DNA of 63,917 nt, the filler included, from Octopus bimaculoides (Eukaryota): assembly GCF_001194135.2 (NCBI RefSeq). It is 8 parts of 8 records of this genome, joined end to end, with 100 filler letters (N's around TTAATTAATTAA, not from the genome) between each part and the next. Parts side by side here need not be neighbours in the genome. Positions count along the whole stretch, not along the records: positions 1 to 14,902 come from NC_068983.1; positions 15,003 to 24,005 come from NC_069006.1; positions 24,106 to 29,012 come from NC_068996.1; 5 more parts are not named here. One strand, 5' to 3'. The stretch's first letter is position 1; each line of letters starts with the position of its first letter. Positions 13,649 to 25,645 of the stretch are shown here, in pieces. Made by a program: the position numbers and the translations under genes. Below the pieces are notes generated by a model that searched no databases, was not told the DNA's origin, and was given only the letters and a program-made list of their open reading frames with translations.

Positions 13649-14545
13649 GAAAGGAAGCGGTTGGAATCTCCTTATCTTCTGATTGATGATACATTTAGTG
13701 ATGGTGTCACAATAAAAACCCTTGTAATTGCACAACCTGATAATCGCTACCACATATGAGTGACAATGAAAAAACAAAATATTGTGAATAACGATGGTAA
13801 TGAAACTTAATGGAGACAGTGTTACACCCGGCTGGCTCAGAGATACTGGTCCGACTCCAGCCTGTTGTTATCCAGCAAGGGACCAGCACAGACGGCGTAG
13901 ATGGAACAAACAAGTCAATGCTGTGGTCAAGCAGTGTTACTACCTGAGCAACCCCGTAGGCGAAAATGGTGTTCATCTTAGGAGATACCGACAACGTACG
14001 TATGATCAATAGAGAGAAATAGGATTGTTCAACTCACGGAACAGAGATTATGTGATCAAGCTAGAGCAATAAGAAAAAAATCGTTGGTTCACAGAAGTAG
14101 AACTCGAAGCTATCAAAACACATGGCCATGGATGACTAAAAGTGATTTAAAACCGAAAACGGAGGCTCTAATCTGTGCCACCCAAGAGCAAGCGTTAAGA
14201 ACCAATTACATTAAATACAGAATAGACAACACATTAGAAAGTGATAAGTGCAGAATCTGTGGACGAAATAGTGAAACCGTATGGCATATTACCAATCAAT
14301 GTACGCCACTAGCCCAGAAAGAATATAAGAGGCGTCATGGCAATATAGCAAGAATTGTCCACTGGACACTTTGCAACACGTATGAACTTGACAGAGCAAA
14401 AGGGTGGTACGAAGAAAACAGCATTGCTTGTAACCGCTCGAATACTCCGGTAGGTACTTGAAAAATAAGGATTGTTACTTTAGTTCACTGGTAGTGAACA
14501 GCTGGCACCGTAGTACATCTCCAGCGTTAGAAGCTGTGCAAAGAC
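13649..14545 (+). mobile_element. Internally deleted R4/Dong-like LINE derivative (N-terminal domain, CCHC knuckle and C-terminus; no RT, no endonuclease)
   Basis: RRRWNKQVNAVVKQCYYLSNP...EQRLCDQARAIRK..WFTEVELEAIK joined at ~14118 to WMTKSDLKPKTEALICATQEQALRTN...CRICG...HITNQC...WYE, joined at ~14414 to KTALLVTARILR; (TAA)n on both flanks. Confidence 0.8.
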
Positions 14546-14602
<57 letters not shown>

Positions 14603-14604
<2 letters not shown>

Positions 14605-14722
14605 ACCGGGGACGTTTAATAATACACTGGGGACGTTTAATAGTACACCGGGGACGTTTAACATACACCGGGGACGTTTAACATACACCGGGGACGTTTA
14701 ACAGTACACGGGGACGTTTAAC
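14603..14722. repeat. Minisatellite, about 6 copies of a 20-21 bp unit ACACCGGGGACGTTTAA(Y)A
   Basis: Directly visible. Confidence 0.9.
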
Positions 14723-14902
14723 ATGTGAGAACGATAAATCACTGCTCCGAAATTTATCCAAAAACATCGGAAATAAAGACATCGCATGGAGCCAAAAAAT
14801 AGCTGACAAAGGGTTGGACTATATCCGAGTAAGTAATACTCATTGAAATTTATTTCTATTTTTCCAAATATAATGATGTATTTTAACTTGATACCTCCAC
14901 TA

Positions 14903-15002
14903 NNNNNNNNNNNNNNNNNNNNNNNNNNNNNNNNNNNNNNNNNNNNTTAATTAATTAANNNNNNNNNNNNNNNNNNNNNNNNNNNNNNNNNNNNNNNNNN
15001 NN
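14903..15002. other. Artificial scaffolding linker, 44N-TTAATTAATTAA-44N (also at 24006, 29013, 55563, 59394, 61515 and 62793)
   Basis: The same 100-bp construct occurs seven times; the 12-mer places stops in all six frames. Confidence 0.95.
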
Positions 15003-15058
15003 ATATATATATATATATATATAAATACACAAATACATCATACATATATACATACACA

Positions 15059-15097
<39 letters not shown>

Positions 15098-15307
15098 TAC
15101 ATCACGTATGATGGCTGTCCACTCTTGAACGAGGAAGACCATTTCTGACCTTCAGGAACATTGTGCGTTCCAGGACTAACGTATATTTTTTGCATTTGTG
15201 GCTCTGTTGGTGGTTGATAAGTCCTGCTCTTGACAAGCATACACGACTGCAAACAGTGCAGACCAAGCTTTCCCCATTCAATACACCAGCAGTGCGCACA
15301 CACACAT

Positions 15308-15386
<79 letters not shown>

Positions 15387-16054
15387 TTATATATAAACAT
15401 ACACATGTATATATATATANNNNNNNNNNNNNNNNNNNNNNNNNNNNNNNNNNNNNNNNNNNNNNNNNNNNNNNNNNNNNNNNNNNNNNNNNNNNNNNNN
15501 NNNNNNNNNNNNNNNNNNNNNNNNNNNNNNNNNNNNNNNNNNNNNNNNNNNNNNNNNNNNNNNNNNNNNNNNNNNNNNNNNNNNNNNNNNNNNNNNNNNN
15601 NNNNNNNNNNNNNNNNNNNNNNNNNNNNNNNNNNNNNNNNNNNNNNNNNNNNNNNNNNNNNNNNNNNNNNNNNNNNNNNNNNNNNNNNNNNNNNNNNNNN
15701 NNNNNNNNNNCCATTGTTGTATGAGTCATATTGTAAAAAAAAAGCCAAGTAATGTTGGCGGAGGGGTGGTGGTGGTGGAATGCAACAAACAAACAATAAA
15801 CCTTACAAAACAAATAAAAAAGCTAAAAGATAGAAATAAAAATGCTTACAACAACAACAATATGGTTGGGGGAGGGGTGAGACACAGGAAGGAAACGTGT
15901 GGGGCTTCTTTGTTTTCTTCTCTTCGTCCAGAGTTTCGTTGTTAAAAAAAAAAAAAAAAACCTTTAAAAGGTTAGATAAAAAAAAAATCCCCCCTCCAAA
16001 AAAACAACAAAGCCCATTTTCTGTAAATGAAATCAATCACTGAATCGGTGAGAG

Positions 16055-17243
16055 TTAGTTATGCAGGTTTTCTTTTGGACAAATCCTGCAATGTTTTGAG
16101 AGGTTTGTCCGCGATATATGTTTCTGACAAGTGTTACATTTTACTTTCTGGTATTTCTTAATAACTATTCTTTCACTGTCGTTTACGTTTTGTTTTTCTG
16201 TGTTCTTTTTCAATCCTTTGCAGCTTTTACTGTTCAAATGTCGTGAAATGTTCGACTGATTCACCAACTTCCGGCAATATTCGCATGTGATCTTGGTGTT
16301 TTTGTATTTTTTAATTTCATGTTGGTTCCGATAATAGTAATTCAGTTTCCGTTTCTTCTCTCGCTGTAACTGTATTTGATGGTTCACTTTCTTCTTCTTG
16401 CCATTGTTGCTGCTGCTGCTGGTGGTGGTGGTGGTGGTGGTGGTGCTGCTGCTATTGTTGTAAGGGGTCTTTTTCTTCACTGAAGACTGCAACGACACAT
16501 TGGTGTTACTACTTCGAAGCACTTCAAATTCTATAGAATTTATTGTCTTCACACGGTTCCGAGGAACGCAATATGGACACCTGTACATACAAAACTCTGA
16601 GTGGGTGCCACCCATGTGTGCCTGGATGTCACTCAAGCACTTTGCTTCCAATCCACACTTCTTACACTTGTACAACTTACGATAAGGTGCTGAGTTCAAT
16701 CCATGGTATTTACACTTGGGCTTTGTCGAAGAAACACAACGTTGACCAGATGTCTTCATACTGAGATTTTCACAATGAGATCTGTTGTTGTTGTTGGCGA
16801 AAGTGGTAACTGTTGTGGTGTTGGCGGAAAAGAATTTACCACCTTTGTCATTTGGTTTTGGGTGTACACCATCTTTGCTTTGCTTCTGTGTCTCTTCTCC
16901 TGATTGTACGCTGTCTCTGTTTCCAGTTATTGGAGTAAGCGTGGCGGGGTTAACAGGAAATGACGAGAATGGAGAAGCGGAGGAGGAAATAGCAGAATTG
17001 GTGGGGTTGGCGATGGCGTTTGTAGAGTTACATTCGGTGTTGGTGGCAAGAGAGACGGTGGTGAATATAGTAGCTTCATCATCGTCAGCAGCGGCAGTGG
17101 TTGCAGAAGGATTGGTGGTGACACTGGTGTTGGTAGCAGAAGAAATGTTATTTGTTGATTCAGAAATATATGGAGAAATGGTGATATTGCCAAGACTTGA
17201 AGCAGCTTCGATGTTTCCAGGAATTACCTGTTTGGTCAACAAT
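16055..17243 (-). CDS. Terminal coding exon of a zinc-finger protein (one C2H2 finger and two C2HC-type fingers, Ser/Thr/Asn-rich linker)
   Basis: Long open frame; CKKCGLEAKCLSDIQAHMGGTH, CEYCRKLVNQSNISRHLNSKSC, CNTCQKHISRTNLSKHCRIC; acceptor GTCTTGTTTTCTAG|A at 17244/17243, phase 2. Confidence 0.8.
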
Positions 17244-17490
17244 CTAGAAAACAAGACAGAAACAAGCAGAAAATGTGAGTCTTTCATTGATACAAAGCAA
17301 AATAAAATAACATTAATAATAAAAACAAAAACTAATGATGACAACAACAACAGACACTAAATGAATTTGACTAAAGATTGAAACCAGATCCATTCCTTTC
17401 ATGGGAGTTACACTTTCACTCAACAGTGTTTGTCTAGTCTGCTAACAATACTCACAGCTCATTACCTTTAATAATAATAATAAAAATAGT

Positions 17491-18125
17491 AATAATCCTT
17501 TCTAAAGGCACAAGGCCTGAAATTTGGGGGAGGGGACAAGTCAATTACATTGACCCAGTATATCACTGGTACTAAATTTAAAAAAAAACCTTGAAAGGAT
17601 GAAAAGCACAGTTGACCTCCACAGAATTTGAAATCAGAATGTACCAATGAGTAAAATACTGCAAAGCATTTTGTCCAGTATTCTAACCATTTTGCCAGCT
17701 CACTGCCATAATAATAATCATAATAATTTTTGCAGAAGGGCAGCTTGGAGCAGGTAGGGATAAGTCGATTTTATCGCCCCCCCCCCCAAAAGGATGAAAG
17801 GCAAAGTCAAACTCAGTGGAATTTGAACTCAGAACAAAGCAACGGGTGAAATACTGCTAAGCTTTCTGCCTGGCGTACTAATGATTCTGCCAGTTTGCCA
17901 CCTTGATAACAATCCTTTCTACTGGAAGCACAAGGCCTCAAATTTAGGGGAAGGGATTAAGTCGATTACATCAACTCCAGTGTATAACTGGTACTTATTT
18001 AATTGACCCAGAAAGGATGAAAGGCAAAATCAACCTTGGTGGAATTTGTACTCAGAACATCAAGGTAGACAAAACACCACTAAGCAATTTGCCTGGAATC
18101 TAATGGTTCCGGTAACTAATTGCCT
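17491..18125 (-). mobile_element. Three tandem diverged copies of SINE family A
   Basis: Repeated AAAGGATGAAAGGCAAAGTC...GGAATTTGAACTCAGAA blocks at about 17590, 17790 and 18010. Confidence 0.85.
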
Positions 18126-19762
18126 TGGTCATTGTTTTAATATCCAAGTTTCCAAGCATGCCTCACATTTTCTATGGCTGGATGGTCTTCCTGCCATCAA
18201 CCCTCCAATCTCACCAGAGTAATATTTCCTCATAGCCAAACATTTTCACAGAATATTTGGAAATGGATGACAGGGACGCTCATTTATAACTACCAAGTGA
18301 TGTCAAGACAAGGACACATACACACACACTGCATATGTGTGTCTCCACCATCAGAACCGCTTGACAACCGGTGCGGATTTGTTTACGTTGCATAAGATTA
18401 TTTGGTAAGGGACTATTGTTCTAAGCACCAACGTTTAAAAGAATAAAACAAAATTAACTACTTCAGTCGAATTGTTAAACAAAATCTGTACGAGGCGGTG
18501 CTCCAGTAGGGACGGAGTCTAGTGGTTGAAGCAAGTAAAAGGTAAAACAGGACAAAAGATGAAATCGTTATTATTGCAAGACGAGTCGCGATGAGACAAA
18601 CCACTCCACTAAAAGTCATACCGTTTTAATCTACAATTTTAAATGTGTGTCCTCCATTCTGTGTGATTTGAGGCATATTTGGCTCCTGTTTCTAGCGAGA
18701 CAGGTAAGACGCAAAGGGATTCCACTCATTTAAGATTTAATGTCCAAACAAGGATGATTCAAGGGATATAACTCTGCATTAATGTAATGCACAAGGGAGG
18801 TGACTCAGACAAAATTAAAATTGTATTTTCCTCCTCCACTATATTTTTCAATTCGTTTAAAATTTTATTCTACTTGTTTCAGTGACTGGATTTCGGCTAT
18901 GCTTGAGTACACCCCCCTCCGCAAAAAAAAATTGGTCGCTTATATATATCCTAGTGGTTTGGCCAGTGTTTATTTTAGACTTTACTCCACTATGACTTGA
19001 GAGGGTCATTATGCTAATACTGAAAGCACATGCACCGGTTCTGTTTCACTTCTTTTATTAGTCTTCATCATTCAACGCCCGTTATCCATGCTGAGATGAG
19101 TTGGAAGATTTGATAGAACTTGACAGGGTTGCTCCAAACACCAGTCACCAGTTTTGGCATGATTTCTACGGTTGGTTGCCTTCCCTAATGCCATACACTT
19201 CACAGAAACTAAAAGAAACCTGTGATATGGAGGGAAACTCTGGTAGAGGTAGACCTAGGAAGGCATAGAGCCAGGTGATGAAGCATAATCTTTAAACTTC
19301 AGGCCTCATATATATGTATATACATATATATGTATATATATATACATATACATATACATATATACATATACATATACATATANNNNNNNNNNNNNNNNNN
19401 NNNNNNNNNNNNNNNNNNNNNNNNNNNNNNNNNNNNNNNNNNNNNNNNNNNNNNNNNNNNNNNNNNNNNNNNNNNNNNNNNNGAGACGCAGTTTAGGGCA
19501 GCTATGTCAAATTCTCTTTTACACCAGATGTGTATATATATGTATATATATGCGGATATATGAAGTGATATAGAGTGTGATTGCTCCAACATCTATCTCC
19601 GGATTATCCCCACAAGGATTACTTTACACGGATATTTACTACTGGAATGAAACTACACTCCAAGTACTGTTCTCTCCTTTTTTTCAGCGCATCACACTCT
19701 ATATCACTTCATACTAAAACTATCCGCCTATGGATATAATAATAGATTCCTTTATTTTTTCT

Positions 19763-19811
19763 GTCTCCGATGAAGGGAAGTACTGGATCTTCCCAGAAAC
19801 AGCTGTAAGAC
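19763..19811 (+). ncRNA. Minimal type I hammerhead ribozyme motif (CCGAUGA core variant)
   Basis: GTCT-CCGATGA-A-GGGAAG/CTTCCC-A-GAAAC-AGCT-GTA-AGAC; stems I and II pair and stem III is the palindrome ACAGCTGT; second copy at 61851-61898. Confidence 0.7.
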
Positions 19812-21204
19812 TATCCATAAAATACTTCTCCAACCTTACCATTGCTCTCTTTATCTTTTTATTTTTATATATTTACATATATATATATATATATATGCAC
19901 ATGTATGTAAGCATATGGATATGAAAGTAAACAGATCAACATACAGATGGATAGGTACATAGGTAATATAAACAGACAAGCACACACACGGAGACTGAAA
20001 CACATGACCATATGTATACACACACACACTTCACACAAGGACAATATGAAGACACATCCACACATATGGAGATGCACATCCATACATACAAACATGGTAC
20101 ATAGTTGCAAAACAAACACACACACACAATCAGACAGAGGTACACACATATATAAACACACACACATATGTACATATGCACACACACACACACACTAACC
20201 CACACACATGCGCACAAACAAACAAAAAGGAACAGAGTCAAAACTATTGAAAAGGTTACAAGACGCAATGAAAATTTCAGAAAAATTAAATAAAAAAAGA
20301 AATAAGTGGAAATTTTACTGGTGAGTGTGTTAAATTATAAAGGCACTAAAAGAGAACAACACTTCTCAGACACAACTAAATATCTTATATTTTACTAATT
20401 TATATATACTATGGATCATTTGATATTTAATATATAATTTGTATACAATATTATAACAATAAATTTATAGTGTCCCCCAATCCACTGCTTTCCTCCCAAC
20501 ACCTTTTTCTTTACCACCATCCACCATCACCCCCTTAGGCACCAGCACCCACTTTGAGAACCTATGATCTAAAGTGAAGGCAATGTAAACTCCAGTGTCA
20601 TCAACTATCTTCCCCTTGTTTGCATAGAAAATGTATAAAGCTACATGTGTGTGTGTGTGTGTGTGTGTGTTGGCACTAAACTTCAAGCACTCTAATAAGT
20701 GGCTAACTTTAATCTGTCCCTTGCACATGCACACTTGTTAGATGCCTGATACTTCAATGTAAACTGGTAAGAAGGCAGGCTGTATTTTGTGTGCTTGGGA
20801 TCCTCCTGGAAATGGGGAACCAAAACTCACATGATTGACACCTAATACAGCAGAAAGCTGTGGGAAAATAGGCAGTGTATACAGAGAGGATGCTGTTGTT
20901 GAATGTGTGTGCCAGAAGTGCTTCTCAAGATTTTGATCAGGAAATTTTTCGGTTCAAGATGCACTTTGCTTTTAGTTAAGATTTGATTAGCAATAACACA
21001 ATGAAGGGGTTAGCGAATGCCAACCCCTGTTATAGGACCAAGATAATCACAAATATTCTCCAAATATCCATATTGAGTTTCAAAAGCCATCAAAACTTAG
21101 TTACATGAGCAAGGTGGTGAATGTTTGGGTGATTCTTTGCAGAAACACGAAAAAAAAAAACAATCCTTTTTTTTTTTCTTTTTGAAGAGAATGGTTATCA
21201 CCAT

Positions 21205-21440
21205 CACCATCGTCATCTAGTGTCCGGTATCCATGCTGGCATGGACTGGATGGTTTTACCAGGGCTGGCACGCTGGAAGGCTGCACCAGACTCCAGTTTG
21301 ATTTGGCATGGCTTCCACAGCTGGATGCCCTTCCTAACAGCAACCTCTCTGAGAGTGTAATAGGTGTCTTTATGTACTACTGACATAGGTGCCATTTGCG
21401 TGACATGGTATCTGTCATGACTGCGATTTTATCGTCTTGA
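21205..21440 (-). mobile_element. SINE or LINE tail, family C (RTE-type 3' end with (GAT)n tail)
   Basis: AGGAAGGGCATCCAGCTGT...CCATGCCAGCATGG tail shared with the RTE LINE at 47001-48505; other copies at 30749, 56914 and 58820. Confidence 0.75.
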
Positions 21441-21699
21441 TAGGTCTTCTTCACAAGCACGATATAATGCCAAATGTTTTGGTTATTGCTTCTGTGGGCC
21501 CAACACTCAAAAGGAGCTTTTCATGCGCCAGTTATGTGACATCAGCATTAGCCACATGGCTTGACAAGTCTTCCTTCATATCACCAAAGGTCTTGGTCAC
21601 TAGTCATTGCCTCTGTGAAGTGTTAATGGTGAAGGGGGAAGCACGGTGAACTACCTTAAACAATCAGTTTATGCTGTCAGTTTGGTGAGATTGGAACCA

Positions 21700-22152
21700 T
21701 CAATTTGGATGTATACTGTGTGACCAGTTGGACAGATTAAATGCAGTGGTCCACCAGAAGTGTCCAATACTTGCTAATTGTTTTTCACTATGACAATACC
21801 AGACTACTCACTTCTTTGCTAACGCGACTAATATTACTGGGGGGTTGGCTGGGAAGTTTTGCTGCACCCTCCATGTTTTCATGGCCTTGTGCATTCAGAT
21901 TTCCACCAGGTTTGGCCTCACCAAAATCCACAGAATGGACAGACCAACTCTGAAGAGAATGTGAAAATACACTTGGAAGAGATTTTTGTCTAAAGACAGG
22001 AAATTCTTTGAGCAGAGAATGGATCTACCCAGAAGATGGCAGGAGATACTGGAATGAAATGGTAATTAGATCACTGATTGAATAAATTGCGTTGTGTTTA
22101 AAATTTGCTTTTACTTAAAGAAATAAAAAAAGCTTTTTGGATAACCCAATAT
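21700..22152 (+). mobile_element. Mariner (DD34D) transposase 3' remnant with right terminus
   Basis: VFHYDNTRLLTS (HDNARPH-like), GWEVLLHPP...SDFH (WEVLPHPPYSPDLAPSDYH-like), LPRRWQE, terminus GGATAACCCAATA. Confidence 0.8.
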
Positions 22153-22265
22153 ATACATGCAGTTAAAAAAATGTTTAAAAATAAATAATTTTTAACAAAA
22201 TTAGTCTGCTAGTGCAAACGAAAATATGGCAGAAAAGGAGTTTGGTACGCAAAATGTAGACTTAC

Positions 22266-23833
22266 CCTTTGGGCAATCCTGATTGCTGTGTCTCAACACT
22301 GTTGATAGTTGTTGATGAAGGAATGGTGTTGGCAGTCTTTTTCTCAAGGTCTCTATCCTTATTGACATTGTTATATTTTTCAATTTCACAAGCGGGAGAG
22401 TTCTCTAAGCTGTTTCTCAATAAAGCAGACATTTGTGTTTGAAGATTATTCTTAACAGACATAAGCGGTAGATTATCTTCCTCCTCATCATCATCATCAT
22501 CATCATCAACACTAAAATGCTTTTCTTTGTAATCATCATCTACTTTGTCCTCATCCTGTTCTTCCATAAAGTCACTGAAGTTTTCACAACTGGCCATTCC
22601 AGCAGAGAATATCCGCTTCTTCTTATCTGTGAGCTTTTTACATTTTCTTCCTGGCTTTCTTTTGGTCTTGACACCATTATTGTTCTTGTTGGCACCATCA
22701 CCTGTCATTTCCTGATCGCCATCATGGAAAAAGCGATTCTCTGAAATATCTGTTTGGCGCAAGAGACTTGGTCTTCCAGGAGGCCTTTTCTGGATGTGTT
22801 TCACTGGGAAATTCCGTGATAATTCCACAAGATCAATATTCAGCTCTTTGAAGAAATCCTGAACTATAACTTGACAAGGTGTACAGTGTTTGCGTAAGTT
22901 AGATATATTTGAACACTTGTCTGCGTTTGGCTGCTTTTCAACACTTTTTCTCATTCCTTCCGATAGATTATTTTCCAAACAGTTCTTTGTCATTTTCGAT
23001 TCAAGTTTGGAAACATTTTCTTCATTCTCTGCTAACCGATGTGCATTTGGTAAAGATGTGTCTACAGCACATTTAGTTCTGTTGTCAGTTTTAGAATATA
23101 TATGTTCGTGATTCAATAATGCTGAAGACTCTAAGGTTTTGACATTGTCATCAGTAAAATTTGGTGTGAACGATTTATCTTCTAAAGCAGAATTGATTCT
23201 AGGTGATGACTGACCATCTTTGAGTTGCTGGCGTTGACTAGTCTCTGTTACTGGTTCTTCACATTCCATTTTCAAATCACCTTTGAGACCAGCATCTGTG
23301 GAAGCATTTAATGCTTTTGTACTTTCAGTATTTTTGGTGGAATTATCAGTCTTTAAAATGGTATTTTCCCACATGTCGAAAGATTTGCATGTCGAAGGCA
23401 CTTCAGTTTCGATGCTTTCTTCTTGGAGTTTGGACAGTGATTCTGATTCAGTAGAGGAATTCCCTTCAATTTCAATTTGACAATTTGTTTTTTTTGAGAA
23501 TTTACAAGTTTTATCCCAAGAATTTTGGGGAAATTCTTTCATACTACAAACAACACCATTTGAAATCATATTTTCGGGACCTGGCTTGGCTTTAGAAACA
23601 TTCTTGTAATTTAAAAAGTTTTCATCATGAATTTGGTGTTGTGCTTGTTCGGTTTGTGTGGCTGGTTTAATTCCTTCCAAGCTCAGCCAATCAGATTCTT
23701 TATTTTTAACATGGTTGTGATTGTCTACGGCACAATTTAAGAAATTTTCAACTTTGTGAAATATCTTGTCCTCATAATTTACCTGACTGCATGTTTCTGT
23801 AGATTCATCGCCCATTTCAAACACTGCAGCCAT
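22266..23833 (-). CDS. First coding exon of the zinc-finger gene (acidic low-complexity region, AT-hook-like RPPGRP and KRKPGRK)
   Basis: 522-codon open frame; in-frame stop 15 nt before the ATG; acceptor TTTCTTTTGTGTTTTCAG at 23944; donor GG|GTAAGT at 22266/22265, phase-compatible with the 17243 acceptor. Confidence 0.8.
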
Positions 23834-25257
23834 CTTTAATGTCCATTAAACACAACTTTTAATATGGCAGTGATAATATTGATAGTGAGAAATTAATCCT
23901 CTCCTTTAGATGTTCATTGTCCTTTATGTCTTTATTTTCAAATCTGAAAACACAAAAGAAAGAAATTGAGATATTTTTAGCATACAAAAAAAAAAAAAAA
24001 AAAAANNNNNNNNNNNNNNNNNNNNNNNNNNNNNNNNNNNNNNNNNNNNTTAATTAATTAANNNNNNNNNNNNNNNNNNNNNNNNNNNNNNNNNNNNNNN
24101 NNNNNAAATACTAGTGCTCTTAGTATAAGCCAATTGTCATAAATTTTCAAATTTTTCCTTTTTTCAAAAATTGAATTTGCAACACCGCTAAATTCGCCGT
24201 GTTGTTCAAATTAAATGTCTTTTGGCCCATTCGAAGTCCTGGCAATCCTAGGTAATCCATAATGACTTTAGGCATAAAAACAGATGTTCGCCGCGAACTT
24301 TGCAGCAAGCAACAAATAACCGTTTACAAAAAGTCTTCCAAATACAGTAAGTCCTCAGAAAAATCAAAAGATAGAAAGAATTCTTGCGGCGAGGTAACGC
24401 CCACCGATAATTCTTTACTAAAACAAACGCAACGAAAGGAGAGAAAAAATGCCTCGAGGCCAGTGAAGATACCTTATTTGTAAAAACTAACAATAAAATA
24501 ACGTAGCCCCACTGTACCTCAAAAACAAAATTTCTCCTACCTTTTAGCTGCTTTACTAATTTCTTTCATGAACTCCGTCGACATCAAAGTTCCATTTTGG
24601 ACGGAGTTAAAAAACACCCGTCCAATCTGATCCTCGTGTCTACAGGAGAAGCCAACGCACAAGACCGGAAGCAAACTACTTACCACACAGCCACTCCTAC
24701 GCCACTCCTACGCCACTCCTACGCCTAATACTTTTTTATTTTTAGTATCTAACTTATCCTTAATTTATTTTATTCTATAATTCATCCTTGCATATTTAAG
24801 TATCGTTCGTTTATTTTGCTTAAATTTAAATACTATTTTATATACATTTATATTTTTCTTTACTTTTATATTATATCTTCTTACTTTACCTTTATTTGTA
24901 CTTTATTTATTTATTTTATTTTATTTTATCTTTCCTTACACCTATAATTCGTGAGCTAAAAACATATATAATCTAACTGCTTAAACTTCTTAGTAATTCG
25001 TCCGCATCCTTTCAAGAAATATAATAACCTTTTTAGTATAAGCTCACAAAGCACTGATGAGATTCTTCCCCTATACTTGAAAATGATGATCATTTCATAG
25101 CATGTGACCCTACCCAAATGCTTAGAATTACGAATCACCTATAGGTATGAACCGAAACATATATATAAGTTTTTGGCATCTGCAATTTATTTTAGAGCTT
25201 TATAATTTATAATTTATTTGTAATGTTTTTATAAAAAGAACTTTCAACCTCATTATA

Positions 25258-25375
25258 TCATTCTTTTATTCTTTTACTTGTTTCAGTCATTTGACTGCGG
25301 TCATGCTGGAGCACCACCTTTAGTCGAGCAAATCTACCCCAGAGCTTATTCTGTGTAAGCCTAGTACTTATTCTA
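25258..25375 (-). mobile_element. SINE family B, 3' fragment
   Basis: TTTTACTTGTTTCAGTCATTTGACTGCGGTCATGCTGGAGCACC on the + strand. Confidence 0.8.
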
Positions 25376-25386
25376 GATAGAAAGAT

Positions 25387-25438
<52 letters not shown>

Positions 25439-25645
25439 GTGTTTATATGCGTGTATGAATATGTGTATGTTTGCATGTATGTATATATGTATGCATGCAT
25501 GTATGTATGTGTGTATGTATGTATGTATGTATGTATGTAGGTAGGTAGGTAGGTAGGTATGTAAGTAGGTAGGTAGGTAGGTAGGTAGGTAGGTAGGTAG
25601 GTAGGTAGGTAGGTACGATGGTATGTATGTATGTAGGTAGGTAGT
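25376..25645. repeat. Compound (TAGA)/(TATG)/(TAGG)n microsatellite
   Basis: Directly visible. Confidence 0.95.

Noticed and set aside
14603-14722. CRISPR-like repeat array
   Set aside because: Units are contiguous with no unique spacers, in a eukaryotic context; it is a minisatellite.
14947-14958. Recurrent TTAATTAATTAA palindrome
   Set aside because: Always centred in 100-bp N blocks, so it is a scaffolding linker and not biology.
16055-17350. Hydrophobic N-terminus (MLLSSLVFVFII...) of the 431-aa ORF as a signal peptide
   Set aside because: It is the polypyrimidine tract upstream of the 17243 acceptor, hence intronic.
20829-20855. 27-nt minus-strand micro-exon (CCCACAG|...|GTGAGT) in the zinc-finger gene
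   Set aside because: In the required phase it introduces a TAG stop.
24660-24672. ETS-like CCGGAAG promoter motif
   Set aside because: GGAAGC belongs to the adjacent SINE head, so the motif is probably a junction coincidence.
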